A DNA stretch of 64,000 nt, taken from assembly GCA_040377305.1 (NCBI GenBank), contig JBEIPA010000001.1, positions 203,324 through 267,323 of the forward strand, in the 5' to 3' direction. Positions 18,585 through 28,296 of the stretch are shown here, one piece after another. The stretch's first letter is position 1. Each line of letters opens with the position of its first letter. Both the position numbers and the translations under genes were made by a program. The notes below the pieces were generated by a model that did no database searches, was not told the DNA's origin, and worked only from the letters and a program-made list of their open reading frames with translations. The stretch is from Flavobacteriales bacterium. Its GTDB lineage: Bacteria; Bacteroidota; Bacteroidia; Palsa-965.

Positions 18585-19280
18585 ATGGCTAAGAAGCATC
18601 AGTTCAATGTTGGTGAATACATCGAAGCAATTGAAGGTGAATTCTCACGACACGCAAATCCAAAACGTGCTGCCGGATCAAAAGCCTACGTTCGTGAGCA
18701 ATTTGAATTTTACGGATTAACAGCACCTGAACGTCGCGAAGTACAGAAGGTGTTTCACGAAGATGTAGCACTTCCTCCATTCGAATATATTCCGGAAATC
18801 ACCAAACTTCTTTGGAATAAACCGCAACGCGAATTGCAATACTTCGCCATGGAATTGTACGGGAAGTACAAGAAGCAGTTCACCAAAAAAGATGTTCCGG
18901 TTTTCGAGTACATGATTCAAAATAAAAGCTGGTGGGAAACGGTAGATTTCATTTCACCGAAACTCATTGCCGCTTTACACCTCAAACATCCGGAACTGCA
19001 GGAAGAAAACTGCAAACGGTGGATGAAGTCAAATCACCTGTGGCTCATGCGGGCTGCGATCATTCATCAGCTCCTTTACAAAACAAAGACCAATGAAAAA
19101 TTGCTCTTCTCGTTGATTCTGCAGTGTGCTGATCATCCGGATTTTTTTATCCGCAAAGCGATAGGATGGTCGCTCCGACAATATGCGCGGACAAATCCAG
19201 CTTCGGTAAAATCATTCCTCAAGCGGCATAAGGAGCAACTCAGCCCGCTGAGTTACAAAGAAGCAACGAAACACCTGTAG
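18585..19280 (+). CDS. DNA alkylation repair protein (AlkD-like)
   Basis: LWNKPQRELQY, SWWETVD, FFIRKAIGWSLRQYA, LSPLSYKEATKHL. Confidence 0.9.
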   Translation: MAKKHQFNVGEYIEAIEGEFSRHANPKRAAGSKAYVREQFEFYGLTAPERREVQKVFHEDVALPPFEYIPEITKLLWNKPQRELQYFAMELYGKYKKQFTKKDVPVFEYMIQNKSWWETVDFISPKLIAALHLKHPELQEENCKRWMKSNHLWLMRAAIIHQLLYKTKTNEKLLFSLILQCADHPDFFIRKAIGWSLRQYARTNPASVKSFLKRHKEQLSPLSYKEATKHL

Positions 19281-19349
19281 CCCTATCTGTTCTTACATTC
19301 CTGATTCTTCTCAGGAGACAACCTCCACCTCTTATATTATCTTTACCAC

Positions 19350-20363
19350 GTGTTCACCGGTAAACTCGTCAGGCAGATTGTCAAACCAATTTCTTTGTTG
19401 CTCGCAGTTGTTGCGATTGGCACCATCGGTTTCCTGCTTCTCGATCCACGGTACAATTTCACGGATGCTTTATACATGACTGTAACCACCATTGGTACAG
19501 TTGGCTTTCGTGAGGTTCACCAACCCTCGGTTGGCGCACAATATTTTATCATTTTCCTCATCGTGACTGGTTTTGGTACATTTGCTTATACGATCAGCAG
19601 TATTACATCGTACATACTAAGTGACGAATTCAGAAATTCCTATAGAACGAAGACCATCATGAAATCGATCAACAATATTTCCGGTCACGTAATCATCTGC
19701 GGTTACGGAAGAAATGGTCGACAAGCAGCCCACGTATTGAAAATGCATGGTCGTCGATTTGTAGTTATTGAACAGAAAAAAGATGTGACCGATGAGCTTA
19801 CACACAAACATTCGCACCTTGTGCTTAATGGTGACGCTACACAAGATGAAATATTGGAAAGTGCCGGCATAGACAGGGCGGCTGCCTTGATTTCTACATT
19901 GCCTACGGATGCTGACAATCTCTTCATCGTACTCACTGCACGTTCATTAAATCCGAAACTCACGATAATTTCAAGGGCATCAGATGACAGTTCCGATAAG
20001 AAATTGAAAAAAGCGGGTGCCAATAATGTGATCATGCCCGATAAAATCGGCGGCGCACACATGGCTTCTTTGGTTCTGAAACCGGATGTAATTGAATTTG
20101 TAGATCACATTACAGGTCAGGGTGGCCCGGATATAAATCTCGAGGAAATCACCTTCGAAAATCTTCCTGAACATTTACGAAACAAAACCATCCGCGATCT
20201 TGAAATCAGAAATAAGTCAGGTGCAAACATTGTTGGATTCAAAACTGCTCAAGGAGATTTTGTGATCAATCCGAATGCCGACACCCGACTTATTCCTGAA
20301 GGAAAATTATTCGTTCTCGGTACTCCGGAACAGATTGCATCACTCAAATCATTGCTCCAGTAA
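19350..20363 (+). CDS. Potassium channel protein with TrkA-N/TrkA-C (RCK) domains
   Basis: Two TM helices with TIGTVGF pore motif, HVIICGYGRNG Rossmann motif, GDAT, INP C-domain; GTG start. Confidence 0.92.
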   Translation: MFTGKLVRQIVKPISLLLAVVAIGTIGFLLLDPRYNFTDALYMTVTTIGTVGFREVHQPSVGAQYFIIFLIVTGFGTFAYTISSITSYILSDEFRNSYRTKTIMKSINNISGHVIICGYGRNGRQAAHVLKMHGRRFVVIEQKKDVTDELTHKHSHLVLNGDATQDEILESAGIDRAAALISTLPTDADNLFIVLTARSLNPKLTIISRASDDSSDKKLKKAGANNVIMPDKIGGAHMASLVLKPDVIEFVDHITGQGGPDINLEEITFENLPEHLRNKTIRDLEIRNKSGANIVGFKTAQGDFVINPNADTRLIPEGKLFVLGTPEQIASLKSLLQ

Positions 20364-20372
20364 ATTCACCTG

Positions 20373-21311
20373 ATGAAAAACATACTGATTACAGGATCCA
20401 ATGGTCTTCTCGGACAGAAGCTCGTCTACGCTCTACTGAAACGTAATCAGTCGGGTGTCAACTGGAATATCATTGCTACTGCACGTGGCGCAAACCGATT
20501 GAAAGTTCAGGATGGCTACACGTATGCAGAGATGAACATCGGCGATCGGAATTCGGTGCTCGCAACTCTTGCGAAGTTCATGCCGCATGTTGTGATTAAT
20601 ACGGCTGCAATGACAAACGTAGATGCATGTGAAACTGCGCGTGAAGAAGCCGAATTGCTAAATGCAACTTCCGTGAGTTTCATGACTGAAGCACTGACTG
20701 ACTTGCAAAAGACAAATGCAAATTACAAGTGCCACTTCATTCACCTCTCCACCGATTTCATTTTCGATGGTGAAGATGGACCTTACGATGAAACGGCAAT
20801 GCCGAATCCGCTTTCACATTATGCTGCAACAAAATTGCGCGGTGAAGTTTTCGCCATGCAGAAAGAAGTGAAGTGGTCAATTCTCCGTACCATCATTGTT
20901 TACGGTATTGCAGACGACATGAGCCGTTCGAATCTCGTTCTTTGGGCGAAAGGTGCGCTCGAGAAAAGACAGAAAATAAATGTTGTCGACGATCAATTCC
21001 GTTCACCAACACTCGCAGAAGACCTTGCAGAAGGTTGCATTATCTGTGCCGAACAAGGGGCAGAAGGAATTTTCAACATCAGCGGAGAAAAAACATACAG
21101 CATTCTCGAACTCGTGCACAAAATTGCCGACTACTGGAAACTCGATAAGTCGCTGGTGAATCCTGTTTCATCTGCAACAATCAATCAGCCTGCAAAACGT
21201 CCGCCACGCACGGGATTCATCATTGATAAAGCGAAAGAAGTTCTAGGTTACAAGCCGCATTCGTTTGAAGAAGGGCTGGCTGTGCTGGATGCGCAGTTGA
21301 AGGCGAGATAA
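20373..21311 (+). CDS. dTDP-4-dehydrorhamnose reductase-like SDR oxidoreductase
   Basis: ITGSNGLLG, AAMTNVDACE, STDFIFDG, YxxxK, DQFRSPT. Confidence 0.88.
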   Translation: MKNILITGSNGLLGQKLVYALLKRNQSGVNWNIIATARGANRLKVQDGYTYAEMNIGDRNSVLATLAKFMPHVVINTAAMTNVDACETAREEAELLNATSVSFMTEALTDLQKTNANYKCHFIHLSTDFIFDGEDGPYDETAMPNPLSHYAATKLRGEVFAMQKEVKWSILRTIIVYGIADDMSRSNLVLWAKGALEKRQKINVVDDQFRSPTLAEDLAEGCIICAEQGAEGIFNISGEKTYSILELVHKIADYWKLDKSLVNPVSSATINQPAKRPPRTGFIIDKAKEVLGYKPHSFEEGLAVLDAQLKAR

Positions 21312-21313
21312 GG

Positions 21314-21506
21314 GGAACGCGGATTTTTATGTCCGTTGTTTGCTACTGCCTCGCTCGGATGACTCTACTTAAACATCAAAATTCGTTATCGGATTTAATG
21401 AGATAAACTCAAACGTATCTCATAAGATCCAATTCACAGTCAAACTATCCACCACACTGATCCGAGCGTGACGCTAACACGTTCCGCAATTCAAAATCCG
21501 CGTTCC
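21314..21506. repeat. 193-bp nested inverted-repeat element (MITE-like or rod-shaped RNA)
   Basis: Perfect 14-bp terminal IR GGAACGCGGATTTT, a 9-bp IR (21352-21360/21460-21468) and an 8-bp IR (21398-21405/21416-21423), placed symmetrically. Confidence 0.7.
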
Positions 21507-21663
21507 ATTTTAACAAACTTAACGATCGTTAACTCGCGTCGCTTCATCAAGTGTTCTACTTTGCGCTCGTTCTTCGGCAAACAAGAACATAAAAACCTAC
21601 ATCATGAAATCCTGACGTTTACAGTCAGGATTCACGAATTCCGAAACCAAAAAATAGATACCA

Positions 21664-22434
21664 ATGAGTAAACTCCTCTACACTCTACCAGCAGTGGTAC
21701 TTGGCAGCGCCTTGTTCTCTTGCAAACCAGTACCCAGCGAAATTGCAGCAACACCAACGCGCGATTCAACCGGTGTAATCATTGGAAATCCATTCTCATA
21801 CGGACTTTCCAACTACATGATATTTCCTGTTGGATGTAATTACAGTCCGAGTATTTACGAAGCGCCACAAATTGCTCAGGACTTCGTTACAATGAACGGT
21901 GCAGCCGGATGTTCGTTCACCGTTAACGTTGCAGATGCTAACGCGTATTGGGATTCGAATACACAGGCGGGCTACGAATACATTAATCCGTATTCACAGT
22001 TCTACGACATTAGAAATATTCTTTTCTATGACATGAAGTCAGGTGAAACACACCCGCTGACTAAAGACACTGTTCACATTCTCTCATTTGCAATTCATCA
22101 CGATTACTATCGGCCGCAGATATTTTACCGTATTGTGAAAGAAGACATCAACAACGATAGAATGTACAATGAACTCGATCCCGTGATGTTGTACACTTCC
22201 AATCTACTTGGAGATAGTTTGGTGCAACTTACCCCTGATAACGAACAATATGCGGAGTACTTCTATTACGAGAACACGCAAACAATTCTCATCAAAACGA
22301 ACATGAATCCGGATAATGATACTTCCTTCGCAACCGTGATGGAAACCAATTTCCGTGAAGTGCGTTTGAGCACTCCTGCTATGGGTAAAGAAATTTTCTC
22401 ACAGGGATTGCGTGATTCCTTAAGGGTTAACTAG
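21664..22434 (+). CDS. Hypothetical lipoprotein
   Basis: LFSC lipobox; EDINNDRMYNELD Ca-binding-like loop. Confidence 0.75.
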   Translation: MSKLLYTLPAVVLGSALFSCKPVPSEIAATPTRDSTGVIIGNPFSYGLSNYMIFPVGCNYSPSIYEAPQIAQDFVTMNGAAGCSFTVNVADANAYWDSNTQAGYEYINPYSQFYDIRNILFYDMKSGETHPLTKDTVHILSFAIHHDYYRPQIFYRIVKEDINNDRMYNELDPVMLYTSNLLGDSLVQLTPDNEQYAEYFYYENTQTILIKTNMNPDNDTSFATVMETNFREVRLSTPAMGKEIFSQGLRDSLRVN

Positions 22435-22530
22435 GCGCGATCCTGTTTAGTAGTAGCTGCGAGTGGCAACTCATGGCAAACCACGAACCTTTTTAACAGG
22501 CGGCTCGCGGTTTTTTCTATAAATTAGGGT

Positions 22531-22755
22531 ATGCTTTCCAAACTGATATTGCCTTGTGCTTTAGCCATTACAGCGGCAACTATTTTCACTGTGAGTTCCT
22601 GCAGTAAAGATGACGGTTGCTATGATGCACGTATGCAACGTCAACATCAAAACGACATTTGCACGGCGGATTGCCCAGGTGTAACTGGTTGCGATGGCAA
22701 TTTCTATTGCAACGAGTGTGAAGCCACACGTAACGGAATCCGGGTTGTACAATGA
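22531..22755 (+). CDS. Small Cys-rich lipoprotein with Kazal-like domain
   Basis: VSSC lipobox; ICTADCPGVTGCDGNFYCNECEA. Confidence 0.7.
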   Translation: MLSKLILPCALAITAATIFTVSSCSKDDGCYDARMQRQHQNDICTADCPGVTGCDGNFYCNECEATRNGIRVVQ

Positions 22756-23018
22756 GAATCGTAGAATGGCTTGTGGAAGCTTTCTTCACCATTAAACTAT
22801 TTTTCTCTCCAACTTTGATTGGTGGACTAATCGGTCTATACGTTTACATCTCTGCAAACTCTGAAACACAAGTCTACCTCGCTTATGCGATCTGGACGAT
22901 TGGTGTACTTGTAGGAATTCTTCTTGCCTGGAAAGTGAAGAAGAAAAAGGCGGCTACCGAATTTCTTGGAGATATTCTCGCAACACCAGATATCGGCAGC
23001 AAGAAAAAGTCAGACTAG
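22752..23018 (+). CDS. Small hypothetical membrane protein
   Basis: Two hydrophobic helices; ATGA overlap with the upstream gene. Confidence 0.7.
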   Translation: MRIVEWLVEAFFTIKLFFSPTLIGGLIGLYVYISANSETQVYLAYAIWTIGVLVGILLAWKVKKKKAATEFLGDILATPDIGSKKKSD

Positions 23019-23027
23019 CACCGTTCT

Positions 23028-26000
23028 CTACTTGCTTTTCATCGGTCGCACAGGTTTAACCGTGAAGTCATCCGATGTACCTGCCAGTTGCAAATGCAGG
23101 AAACGAACATTCTTGTCGTCATCCATATACTGAATTTCGTCCGCTTCATTCGATGGCTCATCCTGCTTTCTTCCGAAGATCAGATTCTTGCTTGCCGTAG
23201 CAACCATTGACATGGGTACACGGAAGTGAAAATTCATCATACCTGCACCGATCATTTCCTGCTCACCGTCAATCTGCATAAAGCCTAGTGTTGAGTTGAT
23301 CGTCATCAGCGGAATAAACAGCTTTCCATGCTTGAGCGCGAATGAATTGGTGAGCGTGTCGAAACGTACAGCGGCAAGATTTTTATCAGGGAAATAAGTC
23401 GCCAACGCGAGGAATGGTGCGTAGTTCTGCACAATGCCGTCGTATACCGTTGCGTCAATGGCTACATCCGATTCTTCGAGGATCGGAACAAGATCTGCGT
23501 GCACGCGAATCTTACCGCTGATGCGTGACGTCATAGTACCCACGAGATTTTCCGACACCACATAATCCTGTCCAAAATTATCGAACTTGAAAAGCAACTG
23601 ATCCAGATGCACACGATCAGTTGTAATCACAGGATTCAAATAAATGTGATTCGGATCATGTCCGTTGAAAACTCCGTGCATGGTCATTCTGCCTCCGGCA
23701 ATTCCCATCGACAAGGAATCAATGTGCAGGTAATGTCTTGACGTGGTGTGAAAATCTCCGTGCAGTTGTGTAAGCAGATACTTGTGATAATTGAGCTGAC
23801 CAATATTGAGCTCGTAACTCATATCCGGAAAAGGAACGGTGTAAATATTAAAAACACTGTCGTGTGCATCACCGCGGCGTTCATCCGCTTTCTCGGGAAT
23901 GTATGTAAACAACTCGTCAAAATTCAGCACATCCGATTCCAGAACAAGTTTGTCCTTTCGTTTTCGCTTGGTGGTGTCCTCCCCGAAAAAATAATCGAGA
24001 TCAAACAACCAATCGGAATGTCCAGCCTTGCCTTTGCATTGCGTAACCGTCAACTGACCATCTTCAACGTGAAATCTTCCACCAAAACGTTCAAGCTTTA
24101 ATGGATGTACAGTAAACGCGGCATCAAGACGATCCATATATACATCTGCCGATCGCAATCCTTCATTGAAATGCAAATCAGCATGACCGTGAAACTTTAC
24201 ACCATTCAGGTGCTCGTGGCGCCAATCTTCCGGAACGTAATTCTCACCGTTGTACGAGAATAAATCTTCCAGTTGCAAGAGCTTCGACGTAAGATCAAAC
24301 TCCAGACGTGTATCTCCATGCGGGTGTTCCATAAACCACATGTCGTAATGCGTCAGCTTTCCATCAAAATGAAAATCACTGGTATCGATAATTCCACTGA
24401 AATCAATCACCTTGAAATCTATCGTATCGATGAGCACATCCGCATGAAAGTCGTGAAGACGGTGCGGATAATTCTGCATACTTGCATACAGATCGTCTAT
24501 ATAAAATTCACCGACAGGAAGATTCGGCGATTCAGTAAATGCTCGCGCTGAACTCTTGAAGTGAAACCCGAGACTCAGATCGGATATAATTTCATTGACC
24601 GGATTCGATTTTGCAGAATCTCCTGAAGTGAGTTCGAGTATATCAAGCTTCTTAGATTGGATGATAAGTTTCGATTCAACTTCAGTCGAGGTATGATGCA
24701 CAATGGCCGGTAAGTCACTGATGCTTCCGGTGATTGCGACATCACTATTCCCCGCTTTGATGTTGCAATAATCAAGCAAGGCTTCATGTCCGTTCATGTG
24801 TGCGTGCAAATCCAAATCATCCAAAGGCACATGAAAATCTGAGCTCTTGAAGCTGAGATCTGTTACTTGCAGTTCTGTTTCATACGATTCATTGAATTTC
24901 TCCAGACTGTGTTCCGGATGCAAAGGGTCAATGAGATCATGAAACTTCATGGACAACACGACTCGCCCTTTCAAATCCTGCAGTGATTCAACGTTCAGAA
25001 ATTTCACAAGGAAATCAAGATCGAAATCAGATTCTAGCGCCAGATCGATATCCGGCGTTTCGAAATTTCTCACAACCAGATTGCCGCTGAACTTTCCTGC
25101 GTCTGGCTTCGCGAAGAAATCGTTCAGGTGAAATTCCATGGTAGAAAAATTGAGACTGTCTCCATTCGTGAAAGAGCCCGAGAAATGCATTTGATCCAGC
25201 TTCTTATCGGTGTTCACATTCGAGAAGTAAGCCTCTTCACACGAAAACTCGGCGTTGATAGCAGGTTGCTGACCGTTCCGCGTTTTCCCTTTGAGCGTGC
25301 AATCAAAATAAATCTTTCCTCGATTGTCGTACTGCGCTAGAAAAGGCTGAAGCTCGGGTGGTGCAAATGCCATGAAGAGCTCGAAGTTTGGCTTGTTTCC
25401 TTCGAACTCGAGATCAAGATTGATGTCGTCGAACAAATCAATTCCTCCCTTCATTCCTAACTCTGCTCCTTCGATTTTCAGAATGGAATGATCAAACGTA
25501 AGCTTGCCTTTCTTGTGCTCGAGCAGAATTCCGGTTTGCAGATCAATGTGTTTGTCGTGAAGGAACGTCGTATCCCCACCGGTCATGATAGTCACAATCG
25601 AATGCATATCCACTTCAAAATCGAAGTGATCATCAGACATACTCACGGTAGATGTTCCATTAAGAATTAGTGCGTCGACCTGCAAACCGGTTGCCTCGTT
25701 GATCTTGCGGATATCAATGGAATCGAGCGTCACCTGATGCAGATCGATCTGTGAGCCCGCCGAAGTATCCACACCCGTAGTGTCGTTTGGAGCGAACACA
25801 TTCGAAATATTTATCGATCCATCGGCATGCTGAACTACACGAATATTGCCATTGCGCAGCTTAACTGATTCGAGTTTGAATGAACCTCCAACAATCGACC
25901 AGAGATCAAAGCCAACAAACAAGTGCTTCACATCAGCAATGGATTCCGCATTCGGATCTTTGGATTGAAATAGTTTGACGTCGTGCAGATCAACGGTGAT

Positions 26001-26213
26001 GTATGGAAAATCAGCAAACGGAGCTACACTGCTGTAACTCATCGTTACTTTTCCTTTGATGTCTCCGTTGACTTCCTCCAGAATGTGTTGCGCGATTTTT
26101 TCCTGGTTGTAATAGACAATCAGAACCGCAAGTGAAAATAAAAGTATGGGGGCGAGCAACACCGATATCATGAAGCGTTTCCAGAATCTTTTCGAACGAA
26201 GAATCTTCTTCAT
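23028..26213 (-). CDS. AsmA-like family protein
   Basis: N-terminal TM anchor followed by about 1000 aa of beta-rich sequence with an AsmA-like C-terminus (FDTLTNSF...INSTLG). Confidence 0.8.
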   Translation of the reverse strand: MKKILRSKRFWKRFMISVLLAPILLFSLAVLIVYYNQEKIAQHILEEVNGDIKGKVTMSYSSVAPFADFPYITVDLHDVKLFQSKDPNAESIADVKHLFVGFDLWSIVGGSFKLESVKLRNGNIRVVQHADGSINISNVFAPNDTTGVDTSAGSQIDLHQVTLDSIDIRKINEATGLQVDALILNGTSTVSMSDDHFDFEVDMHSIVTIMTGGDTTFLHDKHIDLQTGILLEHKKGKLTFDHSILKIEGAELGMKGGIDLFDDINLDLEFEGNKPNFELFMAFAPPELQPFLAQYDNRGKIYFDCTLKGKTRNGQQPAINAEFSCEEAYFSNVNTDKKLDQMHFSGSFTNGDSLNFSTMEFHLNDFFAKPDAGKFSGNLVVRNFETPDIDLALESDFDLDFLVKFLNVESLQDLKGRVVLSMKFHDLIDPLHPEHSLEKFNESYETELQVTDLSFKSSDFHVPLDDLDLHAHMNGHEALLDYCNIKAGNSDVAITGSISDLPAIVHHTSTEVESKLIIQSKKLDILELTSGDSAKSNPVNEIISDLSLGFHFKSSARAFTESPNLPVGEFYIDDLYASMQNYPHRLHDFHADVLIDTIDFKVIDFSGIIDTSDFHFDGKLTHYDMWFMEHPHGDTRLEFDLTSKLLQLEDLFSYNGENYVPEDWRHEHLNGVKFHGHADLHFNEGLRSADVYMDRLDAAFTVHPLKLERFGGRFHVEDGQLTVTQCKGKAGHSDWLFDLDYFFGEDTTKRKRKDKLVLESDVLNFDELFTYIPEKADERRGDAHDSVFNIYTVPFPDMSYELNIGQLNYHKYLLTQLHGDFHTTSRHYLHIDSLSMGIAGGRMTMHGVFNGHDPNHIYLNPVITTDRVHLDQLLFKFDNFGQDYVVSENLVGTMTSRISGKIRVHADLVPILEESDVAIDATVYDGIVQNYAPFLALATYFPDKNLAAVRFDTLTNSFALKHGKLFIPLMTINSTLGFMQIDGEQEMIGAGMMNFHFRVPMSMVATASKNLIFGRKQDEPSNEADEIQYMDDDKNVRFLHLQLAGTSDDFTVKPVRPMKSK

Positions 26214-26232
26214 GATTGTCAGAGGTTACAGA

Positions 26233-27054
26233 TCACGTAGTCATTAACTTGTCCAATAATTCCGACATCTCCTGCTGCATTTTCAACGCTTCGGCTCTCG
26301 CTTTATCAGCAAAATCTTCTCCATCCGAAGCATAAAGAATACTTCGCGATGCATTCACCAGTAATCCGCAATCTTTATTCATTCCGAATTTCGCAACTTC
26401 TGCGAGTGAGCCGCCTTGTGCACCAACCCCAGGAACGAGGAGAAAATTATCAGGAGCGAATGCGCGTATGTGTGCAAGGTGCTCTGCCTTCGTTGCACCT
26501 ACCACAAACATGAGTTGTTCGGGTGTTGCCCAGGTCATGCACTTACGAATAACTTTCTCGTAGAGCTTTTCGCCCGAAGAAGATTCAACAAATTGGAAAT
26601 CGGCAGCGCCTTCGTTGGAAGTAAGTGCAAGTACAATCACCCACTTGTCTTTGAACGCAAGAAATGGCTTAACAGAATCGCTTCCCATGTACGGAGCAAC
26701 TGTAACGGAATGAAACCCGTAATGCTCGAAGAACGATTTCGCATACATTGAAGAAGTGTTTCCGATATCGCCACGTTTCGCATCTGCAATCGTAAAAATA
26801 TTCGGAGGAATTTGTCCAAGCGACTTCTGCATACTCAGCAAACCCATCACGCCGGCCGACTCGTAGAAAGCCAGATTCGGTTTGTAGGCTACACACAAAT
26901 CCTGCGTTGCGGCAATGATCTGCTTATTGAACTCATAAATCGGATCATCGAACTTCAGCAGGAACTTTGGAATCTTGTTAACGTCCGTGTCTAAACCGAT
27001 GCAGAGAAAACTGCGTTTGGTTTTGATCTGTTCTACAAGTTGCGCTCTGTTCAT
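26233..27054 (-). CDS. pyrF: Orotidine-5'-phosphate decarboxylase
   Basis: [46 protein letters not shown]. Confidence 0.97.
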   Translation of the reverse strand: MNRAQLVEQIKTKRSFLCIGLDTDVNKIPKFLLKFDDPIYEFNKQIIAATQDLCVAYKPNLAFYESAGVMGLLSMQKSLGQIPPNIFTIADAKRGDIGNTSSMYAKSFFEHYGFHSVTVAPYMGSDSVKPFLAFKDKWVIVLALTSNEGAADFQFVESSSGEKLYEKVIRKCMTWATPEQLMFVVGATKAEHLAHIRAFAPDNFLLVPGVGAQGGSLAEVAKFGMNKDCGLLVNASRSILYASDGEDFADKARAEALKMQQEMSELLDKLMTT

Positions 27055-27103
27055 CTTTTATGTCGATTTATGCATTTTGCCAGATTTGGCCGCATCCAAC
27101 AAT

Positions 27104-27138
27104 GACTGCCAACTGCCAGACTGCACTACTGCCTACTG
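27104..27138. repeat. Solo copy of the four-helix-bundle cassette arm overlapping the prfA stop codon
   Basis: GACTG CCAACTG CCAGACTG CACTACTG CCTACTG; shares TGACTGCCAACTGC and GCACTACTGCCTACTG exactly with 7585-7620. Confidence 0.85.
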
Positions 27139-28206
27139 AATTCCGCCTTCTTTCATGCGCTCTGCATTCTCCGCAACATGCAATGCATCAATCATGCTCT
27201 GAATATCGCCTTCCATAAACGCAGGCAAATTGTGTTGCGTCAATCCGATCCGGTGATCAGTCACACGACTCTGCGGGTAATTGTACGTCCTGATTTTCGC
27301 TGAGCGATCGCCCGTGGAAACAATCGTTTTACGTCGCGATGATTCCTTCTCGTTCTTCTTATTCAGCTCAATCTCGTAAAGCTTTGTACGCAACATCTGC
27401 ATCGCACGCTCACGGTTTCCGAGCTGAGAACGTTCTACCTGACACATAATCTGAATTCCACTCGGCTTGTGAACGAGAATCACTTTCGTCTCAACTTTGT
27501 TTACGTTCTGTCCACCTGCTCCTCCCGAACGTGCAGTTGTTATTTCAATATCTGCGGGATTAATCACAACATCTACTTCGTCGGCTTCCGGCATCACAAC
27601 CACAGTGGCTGCAGAAGTGTGCACACGACCCATCTGCTCCGTTTCCGGCACACGTTGCACGCGATGAACTCCAGATTCGTATTTCAAAGTGCCATACGCA
27701 TCCTCACCGATTACATTCACTGTAACTTCTTTATAGCCACCCATCGTTCCTTCACTCACATCCACAACCTCCATCTTAAAGCCGTGTGTTTCGCAGTAAC
27801 GGGTGTACATACGCCACAAGTCCCCGGCAAATATTGCGGCCTCATCTCCACCTGTACCCGAACGGATTTCCAAAACGGCGTTCCGTGCATCCTCAGGATC
27901 CTTCGGAACTAAAAGATTTTTGATCTCTTCTTCTAATGCAATCTGCCGCGGTTCTAATTCCATCAATTCAGCTTTCGCCATTTCAATAAAATCCGGATCC
28001 TTCTCCGTTGACAACACGTTCTTTGCAGATGCGATGTTTCCAACTACACTTCGATATACGTGATACGCGTTTACGACCTTTGTTAGGTCCTTGTATTCTT
28101 TGTTGAGCGTCTTGAACTTCTTCATATCCCCGATTACTCCAGGATCTGAAAGCTGCATCTCAACATCTTTCCAGCGGTTTTCTATTGCGGCTAACTTGTC
28201 TAACAT
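27133..28206 (-). CDS. prfA: Peptide chain release factor 1
   Basis: [46 protein letters not shown]; ATG 28206 lies downstream of TAACTTTG (28225-28232). Confidence 0.97.
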   Translation of the reverse strand: MLDKLAAIENRWKDVEMQLSDPGVIGDMKKFKTLNKEYKDLTKVVNAYHVYRSVVGNIASAKNVLSTEKDPDFIEMAKAELMELEPRQIALEEEIKNLLVPKDPEDARNAVLEIRSGTGGDEAAIFAGDLWRMYTRYCETHGFKMEVVDVSEGTMGGYKEVTVNVIGEDAYGTLKYESGVHRVQRVPETEQMGRVHTSAATVVVMPEADEVDVVINPADIEITTARSGGAGGQNVNKVETKVILVHKPSGIQIMCQVERSQLGNRERAMQMLRTKLYEIELNKKNEKESSRRKTIVSTGDRSAKIRTYNYPQSRVTDHRIGLTQHNLPAFMEGDIQSMIDALHVAENAERMKEGGIQ

Positions 28207-28296
28207 TTCAATTTTTTGACGGCGCAAAGTTAGCCAATTACAGCTAAAGAATGAGGGGTTTGCTACCTTAGAACCGAGCTACAAGCGCTTGTTATT

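Noticed and set aside
22436-22516. c-di-GMP-I riboswitch suggested by GGCAAACC
   Set aside because: Lacks the following GNRA-capped stem and GCAAAGC-type segment; more likely a 3' UTR or terminator structure.
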